Source of the DNA: Lama guanicoe
Lineage: Eukaryota
Direction: 5' to 3'
NCBI GenBank assembly: GCA_013239625.1
Contig: MU053504.1
Location: 684,001 to 748,000, forward strand
DNA length: 64,000 nt
Part shown: in pieces, positions 26,905 through 41,019 of the stretch
Layout: each line of letters opens with the position of its first letter
Numbering within the stretch: the stretch's first letter is position 1
Notes under the pieces: model-generated
The model's input: the letters and a program-made list of their open reading frames with translations, nothing else
The model's database searches: none
What the model was told of the DNA's origin: nothing
Position numbers and translations under genes: made by a program

Positions 26905-28760
26905 ACAGCAGCTTTATTCATAATTGTGCAAACTTGAAAGCCACAAGATGATCTTCAATAGATAAATGGATAAAGACATTTTGGCAAACCCTGACTGGAA
27001 TATTATTCAGCACTGAAAAGAAATGAGGCAATTAGCTCTGAAAAGACAAGGAGTAACCTTAAATGCTTATTACTAATTGAAAGCATGAGCCTACATGCTG
27101 CAGGATTCCAATTATATGACATGGAAACTATCTGACATGCAAAACTAGGAAGACAGTAAAAATATCAATGGTTGCCAGGGGTTAGGATGGAAAGAGGGAT
27201 AAATAGGCAGCACACAGAGAATTTTTATGGCAGTGAAATTACTCTGTGTAATACCATAAAGTGGGTGGATGCATATCATAATACATTTATCCAAACCCGT
27301 AGAATGTACAATACCAAGAGTGACACAATTCAAACTATGGACTTTGAGTGTTAACAATTTGTCAGTGCTGGTACATTAATTGTAACAAATGTACTACTCT
27401 GGTGAAGAATGCTGAAAACAGAAGAGGCAGTGATGTGCGGGGGCAGGGAGTAGTATAGGGAAATATTACTGTAACTTCTGATCAACTTTGCTGTGAATCT
27501 AAAACTGCATTGAAATATAAAGCCTATTTATAAAAACAAATCATTGTCATACCAAAGGTCATCTAGGTTTTCTTCTACATTATCTTTCAGAGTTTTATAA
27601 TTTTGTGCTTTATACATTTAGGTCTGTGATCCATTTTGAGTTAATTTTGGTGAAAAGTGAGTTTGTTCTTCTCCCATAATATGTTGGCTATTCTGGGTCT
27701 TTTGCCCCTTCATATAAACTTTAGAATCAGTTTGTCAATATTCATGAAATAACTTGCTGGTTTTTAACTGAGATTGCATTTAATCTATAGATCAAGTTGT
27801 GAAGGACTAATATCTTGGCAATATTGATATTACTATACATAAACATGTATAAATATGTATATAAATAAGTGTACATATTTAGCTCTTCTCTGATGTCTTT
27901 GATTAGTTTTGTACCTTTCTTCATACAGATCTTGTACATAGTAGGTTTATACCTGAGTATTTCATTTTGTGGGGCTAACATAAGTGGTCACGTGCTTGTT
28001 TTAGTGTGTAGAAGTGTAATTGATTTTGTGTATTGATCTTATATCCTGCCACCTTGCTGAGCTCACTTAACTCTGGGAGTTTTTTAATTGTTTGGTTTTG
28101 GCTTTTTTAGTAGATTGGGATTTTCTATGTAGAAAATCATGCCATCTGCAAACAGATTTATTTCTTCATTTCCAATCTATATTCCTTTCCTTATTTTTCC
28201 CTTTCTCTCTCTCCACTATGTTGAATAAGAGTTGTGAGAATAGATATCCTTGTCTTTTTCGTTATCTTAGGGAGAAAAAAATCTTGCACCATTGAGTATA
28301 GTGATAGCTGTAGGGTTTTGGTCAACGTTCTTTATCAAGTTGAGGGAATTCCTCCCTGTTTCTGGTTTGTTGAGAGTTTTCATCATTAGTAGGTACTGGA
28401 TCTGTCAGGTGCTTTTTCTGCATCAATTGATACAGTCATGCAATTTTTTTCTTCTTTAACCAGTTGATGTGATGCATTACAGAGGTTCATTTTCAAATGT
28501 TTAAACATTTTTTATGCCTAAAATAAACCTGACTTAGTCACAGTATAAAACATCATATAATGTTATATTCTATTTGCCAATGTTTTGTTGAGGAATTTTG
28601 CATCTAAGATCATGACAGATGTTGGTCTGTAGTTTTCTTTTTTATGTACAGTCTTTATCTACTTTTGCTATCAAGGTAATAATTTCCTCATAAAGTGAAT
28701 TGCCTTCTTTCCTGTTTTCTTGAAGGGATTGTATGAAATTGGTGTTAATTTTTCTCGGTA
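26905..28760. mobile_element. L1 fragments: plus-strand 3' end (about 26905-27540) abutting minus-strand ORF2 pieces (about 27540-28760)
   Basis: gcagctttattcataattg and aatggttgccaggggttagg are L1M 3'UTR-like; the minus ORF at 27742 has L1-like NIAKILVLHNLIYRLNAI. Confidence 0.75.
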
Positions 28761-29510
28761 TTTTCTAAAATATCCTCATACATTTTATCCTCCCAAGATC
28801 CAAGTCTTCCCCCTTTTTTCTCATACTTAGATAATTATCTTGCTTCTTGTTTCATCTGGTCTAAACCCCTCAAGCTATCTGCTGTGGCAATTAGGATTCA
28901 AGACGTCTGTCAACATGGACTGATGAACTTGGGAAGAGACTCCACAAGCTCATTTAGCCTTTTCAGCAAAGTAGAGGCAGAACCACACAGCTATGCTGGG
29001 GAGACGCAGGGCTCAGCTTCCATCACTGACCCCAGAGACCTCCAGCGTGCACCTTTGGCCAATGTTTTATGAGCACTCAGACCTCTGCAAAATTTTAACA
29101 GTGATTATCTCCTGGTGGAGGCATTGTGAACTCTTTTCTTGCTTTTAATTTCATGTTTTCCAACATTTCTTTCTCCTTTAAGGAGGTAGCATTTGTGTGG
29201 TAGTAATAAATTTAAAAGACAGAGACTTTGTTCCCAGTGGCTGGGGGATGAAAGCTGTGATTTTTGCTGTGCTCAACCCTCTGACCCTGGGGGGTGAGTC
29301 CGTTACCTGAACTAAAGGGTGTGGAACAGACTCAGCTACTGTGAGATTTTGTGTGCTGGGGACCATTCCAGCCTAGATCTGTAAATTCTGCCTGTTTTGC
29401 GATGGGACAAAGAAATCCTTCCCAAAGGAAATTCTAGGGAGACATGTGGGGAGAAAACAGTAAACAGGCAGAGGGAAGCCGCCACCACACACACCTGAAG
29501 CCCCACGCAC

Positions 29511-29583
29511 CTGTCAGTTTCAGCAGCAGGGCCAGCAGCAGAGAAGACAGAAGTCGGCAGAATGAGGGAACAGGGACAGGCAT
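29511..29583 (-). CDS. SIRPD: Gene B leader (signal peptide) exon
   Basis: Encodes MPVPVPSFCRLLSSLLLALLLKLT(G); 73 nt, phase-1 donor CAG|GTGCGT. It is the only leader seen upstream of the two intact V exons. Confidence 0.85.
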
Positions 29584-29788
29584 CACGGCAGCCCCTGGAG
29601 CCTGTTGCATCTGACTGTGGTCCTGGAGGGGCCTGGCACCGTGTGCTCTGAGGAGAGAGGACAGGTCCTGCTTCCACAGTGTCAGAGGAAGGGGATCATG
29701 ATGCAAGGAAAGGCTGTGGAACCGTAACTCTTTTCCTTTGGGATTATAAATTGTACAGACAAGGTTGCTATGAGCTGATAAGTTGCTA

Positions 29789-31855
29789 CTGGAAATGTGT
29801 AAGTTTCCAGAGTTGGGGGGTATGACACTCGAGGCTTTCGCTTCTTCCTGATCTCATCCCATCTTGGAGATTCTCCCTAATCCCATAGCCTTTCCGTGTC
29901 CAGCATCCTCAGAGTATAGGCTGGGCCAGAGGCTTCTGGAAACTTGTGATGGGCAGTTGTGTTACAGCTCTTGCATGAGCTCAACATCTGGGCCTCACTG
30001 AGCTGCACAGCTGCAGGGAGGAGGCTAGATCTCTCTGGCCTTGGCCTCTTGGCAGTAGAGTTGAACTTTACAAGAGACTCCTCCTCCCCATTCTAGAGGT
30101 GTCAAAGGTATAAAATGAGCCCTAATGCAATGTCTGCTGTGGGCTCTTCGCTCTGCCCTGGGTCCCTGCATACAATATAGGAAGTTGCTTCTTTTCTCCT
30201 TCCTGCAGAGGAATTGTTTTTGACTGGGAAAGAGGTTAAAGTTTTAGAGATAGTGATTATTTATGTGTTATAGGATTGAGGGTGGGGCTATGGAGAATGC
30301 CAGGCTGTAGGGAACACACTCGAAGAGGAAAAACAAAGCTGGAAATGTGTAAGTTTCCAGAGTTGGGGGGTATGACACTCGAGACTTTCGCTCCTTCCTG
30401 ATCTCATCCCATCTTGGAGATTCTCCCTAGTCCCATAGCCTTTCCGTGTCCAGCATCCTCAGAGTCATAGGCTGGGCCAGAGGCTTCTGGAAACTTGTGA
30501 TGGGCAGTTGTGTTACAGCTCTTGCATGAGCTCAACATCTGGGCCTCACTGAGCTGCACAGCTGCAGGGAGGAGGCTAGATCTCTCTGGCCTTGGCCTCT
30601 TGGCAGTAGAGTTGAACTTTACAAGAGACTCCTCCTCCCCATTCTAGAGGTGTCAAAGGTATAAAATGAGCCCTAATGCAATGTCTGCTGTGGGCTCTTC
30701 GCTCTGCCCTGGGTCCCTGCATACAATATAGGAAGTTGCTTCTTTTCTCCTTCCTGCAGAGGAATTGTTTTTGACTGGGAAAGAGATTAAAGGTTTAGAG
30801 ATAGTGATTATTTATGTGTTATAGGATTGAGGGTGGGGCTATGGAGAATGCCAGGCTGTAGGGAACACACTCGAAGAGGAAAAACAACACATAGAAACAT
30901 ACCTGGGAAAGTGAGGGCTGCCTTTCCTGTCTGTACTGGGTCTGGGGCCAGCTCTGTAGTAAAGAAGTAAAGAGGCAGAAGAAGCACTCTTAGAAACAGA
31001 GAAGAACCAGCATGTTCACCTCTTTCTCTCTCATCTCTGGAATGGGCTGAGTCCAAGCACAAAAGTTGTGTTCAGGGACTCTTGTCCCACTGTCAACTGG
31101 TAACCCTTTAATGTCCAAACATCCATAGTCAGGCACTGACTGCTATGGCTGTTTCTCCATTGCTTCCTTTGATCCCTGCCTTTTCCTCAGGGACCAACTA
31201 GATGTCAAGGCCAGGAGAAGTGTTAGAAGAGGAAGGTGCAGAGCAGGGCCCAAACATCCTCTATGAGATGGCAAGACTCCCACTGATTGCATACAATATA
31301 GGAAGTTGCCTCTTTTCTCCTTCCTGCAGAGGAATTGTGATTGACTGGGAAAGAGATTAAAGGTTTAGAGATAGTGATTATTTATGTGTTATAGGATTGA
31401 GGGTGGGGCTATGGAGAATGCCAGGCTGTAGGGAACACACTTGAAGAGGAAAAACAACACATAGAAACATACCTGGGAAAGTGAGGGCTGCCTTTCCTGT
31501 CTGTACTGGGTCTGGGGCCAGCTCTGTAGTAAAGAAGTGAAGAGGCAGAAGAAGCACTCTTAGAAACAGAGAAGAACCAGCATGTTCACCTCTTTCTCTC
31601 TCATCTCTGGAATGGGCTGAGTCCAAGCACAAAAGTTGTGTTCAGGGACTCTTGTCCCACTGTCAACTGGTAACCCTTTGATGTCCAAACATCCATAGTC
31701 AGACACTGACTGCTATGGCTGTTTCTCCATTGCTTCCTTTGATCTCTGCCTTTTCCTCAGGGACCAACTAGATGTCAAGGCCAGGAGAGGTGTTAGAAGA
31801 GGAAAGTGCAGAGCAGGGCCCAAACATCCTCTATGAGATGGCAAGACTCCCACTG
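29789..31855. repeat. Overlapping near-identical tandem duplications (29789-30336 vs 30339-30887; 30718-31285 vs 31288-31855)
   Basis: Direct repeats with periods of about 550 and 570 bp and few substitutions; a roughly 170-bp core occurs three times. Confidence 0.95.
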
Positions 31856-32260
31856 CCTTGTGATGTCACCATTCTAACCCATTGTTCTGGAATGATGAAT
31901 TCCACACTGGGAAGCCCACCCATGGACCCTGCTGAGAAATGGACAACCTCTTTTCTCTAGTCTCCACCATCCCACATTTCCTCCCACCTCCAGCCATTTT
32001 CACACGTTGTATTGGACTGTAAAGTCTTCAGAGGGTGAGATTTTGAGTGGCATGATGGTCAAAAACACTGGTTTTGGAACCAGATACACTCTAGGTTCAA
32101 ATTCCACTTCCCAGTAGCTGAGTAATTCTGAACCCATCATTCAGACCTATATATCCTTTGACCTTGTAATCTTCATTTCTATACCTCAAACATTCAAAAC
32201 TGAGTTCATGATCTACACTTAGACATTCTTTTCGCCCACTCCACCCTGTTCAGTATGTGG

Positions 32261-33302
32261 CATATCATCTGTCTATTTGCTTAAACCAAGAAGAGGCCCA
32301 CCTTCTACATCCTCCCACTCATCCACTCATATCTATTCCCTATTCGGCCCTCTTAGTTTTACCTCCTAAATGACTCTTAAATCTAGTTCATCTCCACCAT
32401 CATCTCTTGCCTGAATAAAAATGATTACCTCCTAATTAGGCTACCCCAGTTTTTTCCACCCTGCCCTGTAATCTCTTCCTCTTATTTCAGCCAGGTCTTT
32501 TAGAACACAGATCTGATTACACCTTTCTGTGACCTAAACATTTCTGTGGATTCTCATTGCTCTCAATATAGTAAGACAGTTTGGTATATGGCAGAATATA
32601 TAAACAATTCATCCTTCCATGACTCTTGTGGCCCCTAGAGACAAAGGGATCCCCACTTTTTCTGGTATCCAGCACAGCCTCTTTGTCTCTGGTTGGTTTC
32701 CTTGGGAAACAGATTCTGAAGTGAAGATCCACATGCTATTTTTCAAGGGGTACTTTTAGAATCAATATCTGTAGAGGGAACATATCATCTGTCTATTTGC
32801 TTAAACCAAGAAGAGGCCCACCTTCTACATCCTCCCACTCATCCACTCATATCTATTCCCTATTTGGCCCTCTTAGTTTTACCTCCTAAATGGCTCTTAA
32901 ATCTAGTTCTTCATCTCCACCATCATCTCTTGCCTGAATAAAAATGATTACCTCCTAATTAGGCTACCCCAGTTTTTTCCACCCTGCCCTGTAATCTCTT
33001 CCTCTTATTTCAGCCAGGTCTTTTAGAACACAGATCTGATTACACCTTTCTGTGACCTAAACATTTCTGTGGATTCTCATTGCTCTCAATATAGTAAGAC
33101 AGTTTGGTATATGGCAGAATATATAAACAATTCATCCTTCCATGACTCTTGTGGCCCCTAGAGACAAAGGGATCCCCACTTTTTCTGGTATCCAGCACAG
33201 CCTCTTTGTCTCTGGTTGGTTTCCTTGGGAAACAGATTCTGAAGTGAAGATCCACATGCTATTTTTCAAGGGGTACTTTTAGAATCAATATCTGTAGAGG
33301 GA
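32261..33302. repeat. Near-identical tandem duplication (32261-32779 vs 32781-33302)
   Basis: Period about 520 bp; identical spurious ORFs at 32517 and 33040; a few differences, including a 3-nt indel. Confidence 0.95.
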
Positions 33303-33944
33303 GGAAAAGGAACAGGATTGTATCGAAGAAGTTGAGTGGCAGTGAAGTCCCAGTGAGGACCTCAGGTGGCCTCCCATGGAGCTCTGGTGCCAAGATGTTC
33401 CTTCAGGGCTGACCTGAACTGGTGAAAGTGCTGGGCTTTTATATAACCATGTTGTTGAGCCAATAGATGTGGCTTATTACCAAATGTGACCTTGGGCGAG
33501 GTGAGTCTTCTTAGCTGAGGCAATTCCAAGGAGGGATGATGGCTAGGGGTGATCTTCTGGAGCCTGGTACATAAGAGCATCCTCCACACTCTTTGGTACA
33601 TCTTCTACCTGGGAATCCTTGGACTCAGGACATGTATTAACTTCCCCACAATTAGGTCTTCAAAGCTGCCTCACTTCACCCAGGTAACCCAAAGTTCTCC
33701 AATCCGATTTGGTCTGCTCTGTGCTTTACTAATTGGAAGAGTTTAGGGTGAATGTCATGGAGGACTGAGAAGCAGCTTTTCTGAAATCTTTGAGTGCCTG
33801 GTTTAGGACAGAAGACGGGAGAAGAGGAAACCTCAAACCTGTAAGGTGAGATAAAACATGAGTATATTAACACAGAAGTCTCCCCACCACACATTTCCTT
33901 GCATTGCTCTCCAAGGGGATGCAAGAGGACAAGATGTTAAATTT

Positions 33945-35760
33945 TATTTAACAGACTTTTAAAAAACCGTTTTAGATTTATGGAAAAATTGAGATGATAA
34001 TGCAGAGTTCCCATATACCTCTGCACACAGTTTCCTGTTACTAACATCTTACATTAGAGTGATACATTTGTTACAATTATGATATTGGTACATTATTGTT
34101 AACTGAAGTCTATAGTTTTTGTCTTAGCTCAGGCAGCTATAACAAAAGATTATGGATTGGATAGCTTATAAACAACAAATATTTATTTGTTCCAGAGTCT
34201 GGAAGACAGAGATCAGGTTGCCAGCCTGGTCAGACTCTGGGGAGAGCCTTCATCCAGGGTGAAGACTGCCAACTTCTTGAATCCTTTATGGTGGAAGGGG
34301 TGACTCTCTGATCTCTTTTTATAAGGGCACTAATCTTACTTATGAGGGCCTCATCACCTTATTCCCTCTTAAAGACTGCACCTCCAAATGCTATCACATC
34401 AGAATTAAAATTCAACATATGAATTTTAGAGTGACGTGAGCATTCAGTCTATAATGGACTTCCTTAGTTTTTAAACAAATGTTCTAGGATCCCACCCAGG
34501 GATACCACGTACATTTACTTCTCATGTCTCCTTAGGCTCCTCTCAGTAGTGACAGCTCTCAGATTTCCTTGATGTTGGTGACCTTGACAGTTTTGAGGAG
34601 TCCTGGTCAGATGCACTGGAGAATGGCCCTCTATTACAATCTGTCTGGTGCTTTTCTCATAATTAGACTGGAGTTATGGGTTTGGGGGAGGAGGTCACAG
34701 GAGAAAAATTTAATTTTCTTCACATTATATCAAGGGTGTATGTAATTGATGTGATTTATGACCACTGATGAACTCTTCATAACCTGGCTGAATTGTGCTG
34801 GTCAGATTCCCCCACTGTAAAGTTACTCTTTTTCCTTCCTTCATTCTGTCTCTTTGGAAAGGAGTCACCATGTGCAGCCCACACCTCAGGACTGGAGAGT
34901 TAGGCTTCCGCTTCTTTAAGGTGCAAATATCTACAAAAATTATTTGGGACTTTTTTGCACAGGAAATTTTCCCTTCTCCTCCATTTATTAATTTATTCAA
35001 TTATTTATTTACATCAATATGGACTTGCAGGTATTTATTTTGTATCTTTGTTTATAGTCTGTCTTAGTCTATTTGGGCTGCTATAACAAATTCTTACAGA
35101 CTGGGTGGCTTACAAACAACGGAGATTTATCACTCACAGTTCTGGAGGCTGGCAGTTGGGAGATCGGGAAGGCAGCATGGTTCAATAAGGGCCCTCTTTG
35201 GGTCATAGATTTCTCCTTGTACTCTCACAGAGCTGAAAGGGCTTTTGGAACTCTGTTGGGGGCGATCTCTTTTTTTTTCCCTTTGGAATTGTGCACATGA
35301 GACACAGAGAAGGAGGATAATTATCTACTGGCTCCTGTCTTCACTGGTTGAGTGTGGCCCTGGCTGGCATTTACGCACTTGTACATTTGGATTTTGTGCA
35401 TATATCAGAATGAGTGCATTATTACAAGTGTGCAATCTAGGGGAAGCAGAAAAACTTTAGGGCAGAAAGTAAGGGATGCAAGGTGCACTTGAGACAGGAG
35501 CTGTGTGGGTTCACTTTTGTAAGAGTGCTAATCCCATTCATGAGGGTGCAGCCCTCATGACCTAACCACCTTCCAAACGTCACACCTAACACCGTCACGT
35601 TGGGTGTTAGGATTCTAACGTGAATTTTGGGAAGACACAAACATTTAGATTATAGCACAATCCAATACTTTAATTTATTGCTCAGATTGTTCCAGGTTTG
35701 TCAGTTTGGAGCTCTTTCAGTTGGTTCCCACACCCCTTTGACATACTCCAGTCAGCGTCT
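33945..35760. mobile_element. Old L1 3' region with nested MaLR LTRs (about 34120-34455 and 35059-35660)
   Basis: tgtcttag...gctataacaaa MLT-type starts interrupt L1M-like sequence. Boundaries approximate. Confidence 0.6.
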
Positions 35761-35996
35761 GTTTTTTGTTTTTGTTTTTTTTCCCATTTCCTTGTGATAT
35801 GGAAAATGTTTAATTTTTGAAATGATTGTTTAAATACAGAGAAGAAAAAGTAGTCTTTAGTGAAAGGGCTTTAGGATACAAGAGCCAGGTGGATGATGAA
35901 GAAAAATTTTATTTTGATATTCAATATCTATAGAAACGAGTACTCAGATAGTCCCTTCACTGTTAGAACTGACATCCTATCTGAGGAAGAGACACA

Positions 35997-37052
35997 TACA
36001 GGAAGTCCTCACTTTGCATGGTCCTGATATGCATGAATTTTAGGTAGACAGTTTAGTTAAAAAACCTCAGTCCCCCCAACACATGGTTGAAATTTCAGTT
36101 ACCACAGTAAATTTATGGTGAACAATCGCATAAAGTACAAACTTTGCCACTAGCTCTACTTCAGTCCACAAATAACTGTATAATAGATGCCCATCCTGAT
36201 CAGTAACCAGTCATGTCCCTTATTTCAAAGTCTGCAGTATTTGATCACTGTGACTCTGTTACTCATTTAAGCACAGACAGCAAAGCATGTAGCTGTGCTG
36301 TCATGTGACTCCCAGTGATGAATCCACATGACATTTACAAAAATAAATAACTGCAAAAGGGAACTGAATACAAAGAAGAAAGTGCAATGAAGAAACAAAA
36401 GGTGATGATGTTGGAAGCGACATTCAAATTGAACGTGAGTAGATTATAGAAGAAATAGTTGACCGTGGGAATGGTACATTGATACTGTTAGAAAGATATG
36501 CAGCCACAAGAACTTCGTGAGGGCAAACTTACCATATAATGAGGAAGGTGGTGGTGAGGGAAAGGGTGAAAATGCCCCAGAGGAAGCGACAACAGCAAAT
36601 ACCTCAAATTAAAGGAAGTTTTGTAAAGATTTCACAACATTGAGAGTATCAGGGAATGAAATGTTAGAGTCTTACCCAAGCTGAGAAAGGAGTACTATAA
36701 TTCACCAAAGTATAGATAAGGTGCTGGCTCTTATATTGTAAATTATGCAGGAAGAAGAAGGCAAACACTGTTCAAACTAAACTCGATAGGTTTGCAAATA
36801 AAAAAAAAACTCTTTAATTCTCAATGTTTCTAATGAGTCAAATGACAGAATACTCTAAATATTAACTTTGCTATTTTTCCATTTCCCTCTACATTTTAAA
36901 CTGACAGTAAAAGAGTCTCTGATGTTTAAAACCATTTTTTTCAAGATCACAAAACAGTTATTCTCCCGTTGATTATTGAGGTCACTTTTCAAGTTTTCAG
37001 TTTCCAAGTTATTTGAAGGTCCTGCTCTACCATGCAATGTGAGAATAACTTA
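35997..37052. mobile_element. Tigger/MER2-like DNA transposon remnant (paralogous copy at about 59500-60660)
   Basis: Imperfect terminal inverted repeats (ctcactttgcatggt / accatgcaatgtgag) and A-rich degenerate interior. Family assignment tentative. Confidence 0.5.
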
Positions 37053-37769
37053 CATTCAGTATATCAGATGGTTATAAATGCTCAGGAAACAAATTAATCA
37101 GGTTAAGAAGAGATGGAATGCCAGGGTGAGAGAGGAACTGATATTTTATACAGGGCCGTCTATAGAAGGTGCCTTTGATGAAGTGCCATTTGAGCAGAGA
37201 CTGAAAAGAAGAGAGTGAGGCAGGCAGGTATGCCAGGGGAGGGAGCAGAGGAGTGATAGGATTTGACTGACTTTCCCAAAGAATCACTGAGCCTGAGACA
37301 GGGAAACCAGTCAGAGACGACAGCAACGGTGCAGGAGGAGATGATGGTGGCTGGGACCAGGAGTGGTGGTGCGGGTGAGAACGTGCCCATTATGGATGCA
37401 ACTGAGTGGTGTGCTGGAGAAGGCTGGGACTGCTTCATGAGAGCCCAACTGTTACTTTTTCAAGAATTCCTGCAAGCTGGTTATTAAATGGTTGGTAGCT
37501 TGAAGCTGGCCACATTGGAAGTATTGACAGCTAGAAATTGGCCAGTACTACCAAACAGTCTTTTTTTTTCTTTTGGAGAGTGGATTATTAAATATTTACC
37601 ATCTCACCTCTGGACGTCAGCATTTTGAAGGCAAAATTGAATATGGGATATAAAAGGAGAAATCAAGGATGACTCTGAGGCTTCTAGACACAGTCTGTTT
37701 ACCATTAGCAGCATGGTTGGGAAGGATGCAGGAAGATGGAAGTTCTCCTGGTTCCATCACAGAGACAGG

Positions 37770-38268
37770 AGGGAACACTACCTTCAGGGTTTGAGGGGTA
37801 GGACATTTGGGCAAAGAGGAAGGAGAATACATTTTCTTCTTAAAACCAGGAAGTGGGGGGGTCATCTGTACTCAAGAGGTAAAAAAGAACTTCAAAGTGT
37901 GGAGCTTCCAGGATAGACAGGAGTCCGAAAGACAGAATAAATCCTCTGAGCAAGGACATGAGTGTGTAGTTCACGGCCAAGTCCAAGGTGATGGATGAGA
38001 GATATCCCGATATGTGTTGATGTGACTTGTTTCTCACGTTCCAGGGAGATGTTGTGAGTCCCTCTCCAGAGCTACTTCTCATAATCCCTGCTGAGGACCC
38101 AGCTCTGAGGGCCTCAGGGACTGTGAGAGGGTCTCAGGAGTGTAGGGGCAAGCAGACCTCCGTGGAGGGAGGCATTTGGAGCAGAGTCGTGGAAGCTTCC
38201 AGCTGGGTCTTCTCCTAGGCTGGGCCCCGCAGGGAGGGAAGCAGGCAGCAGAGACTGAGGGTGTTACC
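37770..38268 (-). other. Probable terminal 3'UTR exon of gene C (3' end undefined)
   Basis: Strong acceptor tccttccttcctccttttcag ending at 38269. The TM exon has a donor just after its stop, as expected for SIRPbeta1, and a homologous remnant lies at 12735-12850. Confidence 0.55.
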
Positions 38269-38938
38269 CTGAAAAGGAGGAAGGAAGGAACTGTGGGAAC
38301 CGTGTTCATATTTAATGATCTGATCATCGTTCAAGAAACATTGACTGCATGCCTCCTGTGTGCCCAGGCTGTTCTCCTCATGGGATGCCTGTCTGAGAGG
38401 CTGGGCAGCCCCTGAGAGAGGTCTCTCCCTCCTCAGCCTCCTCCTCAGGCCCTGATGCCCCTTCCCCAGCCCTTCTCTGTCACATGGAGGGTCAGAGCAG
38501 GAGCAGCCCTCAGAGCAGCAGATCCAGGGTTTCTCCCCATTACCCTAAAACGGGGATTCCTTTTGCCCCCATGGAGCCCCAGGGTTCAAGGATCTAGAAA
38601 TGGTCTCCAAGGGAACCACCCTCTCAGCTGCTCCTCGTTCAGCAGCCTCTGCCCACTTCCTCCACAGAACTGCCAGGAGACACACTTTGAAAATCCCCGA
38701 TCCAGCCCACCTCCTACAGGACCCCACACCCCTCCCGGGAGCTGGGCACAACTGAGGGAAACCCCATCTCCTGAGGGTATTGAAGGAGGTGTGTCACCTT
38801 CTCTTTCTCCACGGGGGCCCATGGCCCTGTGTGACCTGTGGGCTGACCCCCACCATCCCGACCTCCCCCACCCCTGACCTTGCCGTTTCTGGGACAGACC
38901 TTGTCCTCCCTACCCTCCACCACAACTTACAGTCAGAC

Positions 38939-39042
38939 CTAACGCTTCCTGTGGACAAAGATGACAGTGACACCGATCACCAGCAGCACTTTGGGGCCTA
39001 GGATGAAAACTACCAGGAGAGAAGGAGACAACGAAGGCTGGT
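38939..39042 (-). CDS. SIRPB1: Gene C transmembrane exon with intramembrane Lys and short tail
   Basis: Acceptor tgatttccag; phase 1 gives DQPSLSPSLLVVFILGPKVLLVIGVTVIFVHRKR*; donor GTAAG 8 nt after the stop. The Lys-TM with no ITIM tail indicates the activating DAP12-type class. One-to-one orthology not established. Confidence 0.9.
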
Positions 39043-41019
39043 CTGGAAATCAAGAGACAGGAGGTCTGATTAGAGGGGCTCTACAGAAGCCATTCCCAAG
39101 GGCCTCCACTTACTCGTTCTGGAGCCACCTGGGCCCAGCCATGCTCTGAAGCTTTTGAACCTGCATCCTGTCCTGGGTCAAACTGGAGGCAGAAATCAGG
39201 ATAGTGTTTCCACATTCTCTCTCTGTCCTCTCTCAGGCCCCTAGGGTTATCCTCCTTGAGGAAAGGGGCGGAGAGTGTTTGCAGTCAGTGACGTGTTAGG
39301 TGTGGCACCTGGTTTACTTATTTGTTTCTCACACCTCTACAAGGTAGGTATTATTCTCTTTCTGATGAGGAAGCTGAGGCACTGAGAGTTTAGGGAGCAT
39401 CGCAAGATTAGTGGGATTCAAATCTAGGGAAATCCATCCCTCTTGTCCCAGAAGATGATCCCGAGATCTTGTCTTTTGGACCAAGTCCAGCCTCTTGGGG
39501 TCACAGGAAGGAATGTCAGCACAGAATGCAAGCGAGGAGGACGGGTTTCATGGTGAGAGCGGCCCTGCTTGGCCAAGGGGTGGGGCTGGAGACCCCATGT
39601 TTCAGGAGTTGTGGGAACCCCCAGGGTGACCTGAACTCATGAGAACTGCTGGCTGGAGAACAACTTGGTGCTTCAAAGAAATAGGGTCTCATGGTGGGAG
39701 GGGCTTCATACCATTCAGCCCACCTTGACCTTCGTACCCATGAAACCTGAAATCTTTATGCTGACACCGAAAGTCAGGTCTAAGTAAGCATACTTTTGGA
39801 TTTTTTGCATTTTTACAATGAGCTGTTTTTGCTCTCAAAATGATAGAAAGAAAGCTGTTAAAATATTTTTTGTAAATAAAATAATCCTTAAAGCAGGAGT
39901 GAAGACCTCACCAGTTTTTGCTTTTGAAGGTGTTGGAGGATGACAGCTCTCAGCTGAGTGGCCCTTGGGGTTTTTTTCTCAGCTGGAGGGAGCTGCGTTC
40001 CTTAAGTCTGCACATCCTTCTAGAGGGCAGCCCTCATAAAGAGCCGGCTGAACCGGGAGTATGGAGGCTCAGGTCCACCCTTTCAATTTAAGCTGACTCT
40101 GATAGACCATCCTGGCGCCTCAGCTCTGTGTTGCAGTGTCTGAGTCTCTTGTCCCTGCTTTGTAGTCCGACATCTCCCTTTGCCGGTCCTGCTCCCTTCA
40201 CGTGCTCATGCATGTTGATCCCAGCAACACTTCACAATCATCAGCCCTCAGTCTTCTCTCCAGTTCAGACTCTGATTCCCAGAGAAACTGATCTATGGGA
40301 GTTTGTCTGGGTGTGAGCTGAAAGGCAAACTCTAAGATGCAAACTTGGAGCTGGATCTCTCATCGACTGTCCAAGTGGATTCCAGCAGTGGCAGGAGGTG
40401 GAGCAGGAGTCAGCCCTGGATACCCTACTGATGCAATTGTTAAAACTTTTAGTGGTGGTGAACCGGGATGGTGTAACCAGAGCTACAGAGGGGGTTGAAT
40501 TCTCAAGTTTAATGGGTCAACTCTACCAGAAGAGAATCTTGAGCTGTGGGGTGGGGACATATGGGTTAAAGCACTAAAAAACCTTCACTGGACTTTAGGA
40601 ATGTTGAAAACAACAACAGCAGTGTGGCCACTTATCTCCAAAAATGGCCTTTCCAATCCAGAGCGATCAAAAAGGAGAATGTGAATTCTATACCAAATTG
40701 TCTCTCATTATTACCTGAAGAGAAAATACCAGAACTGCAAAATACCTGTAGGTCAAAAACAAAAAATCACCAAATCCTAGAGTGCTTTCCCTCTCTGGGC
40801 TGCCATCCGACCCTCAGCCACCAGGAGAAGTGCAAGAATCACAGACGAGGCAGCCAGCACACGAGCCTAAGAATTGTTTGAAAATATCACAACCAAGATT
40901 AAATTCACCCTAACTATGAAAATATTGGAAAAGTGTCCTGCAGAGCAGAGATCTGGGAAGGGGTTTCAAAGTCTGCCTGGTTGAAAGGGTTGGCACAGAA
41001 TCCCCAGAATCCTAACATA

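Noticed and set aside
29789..33302. CRISPR-like array or multicopy small-protein genes (ORFs 30808/31378 and 32517/33040)
   Set aside because: Units are about 500 bp with no repeat-spacer structure, and the ORFs recur only because the DNA is duplicated. The context is eukaryotic.
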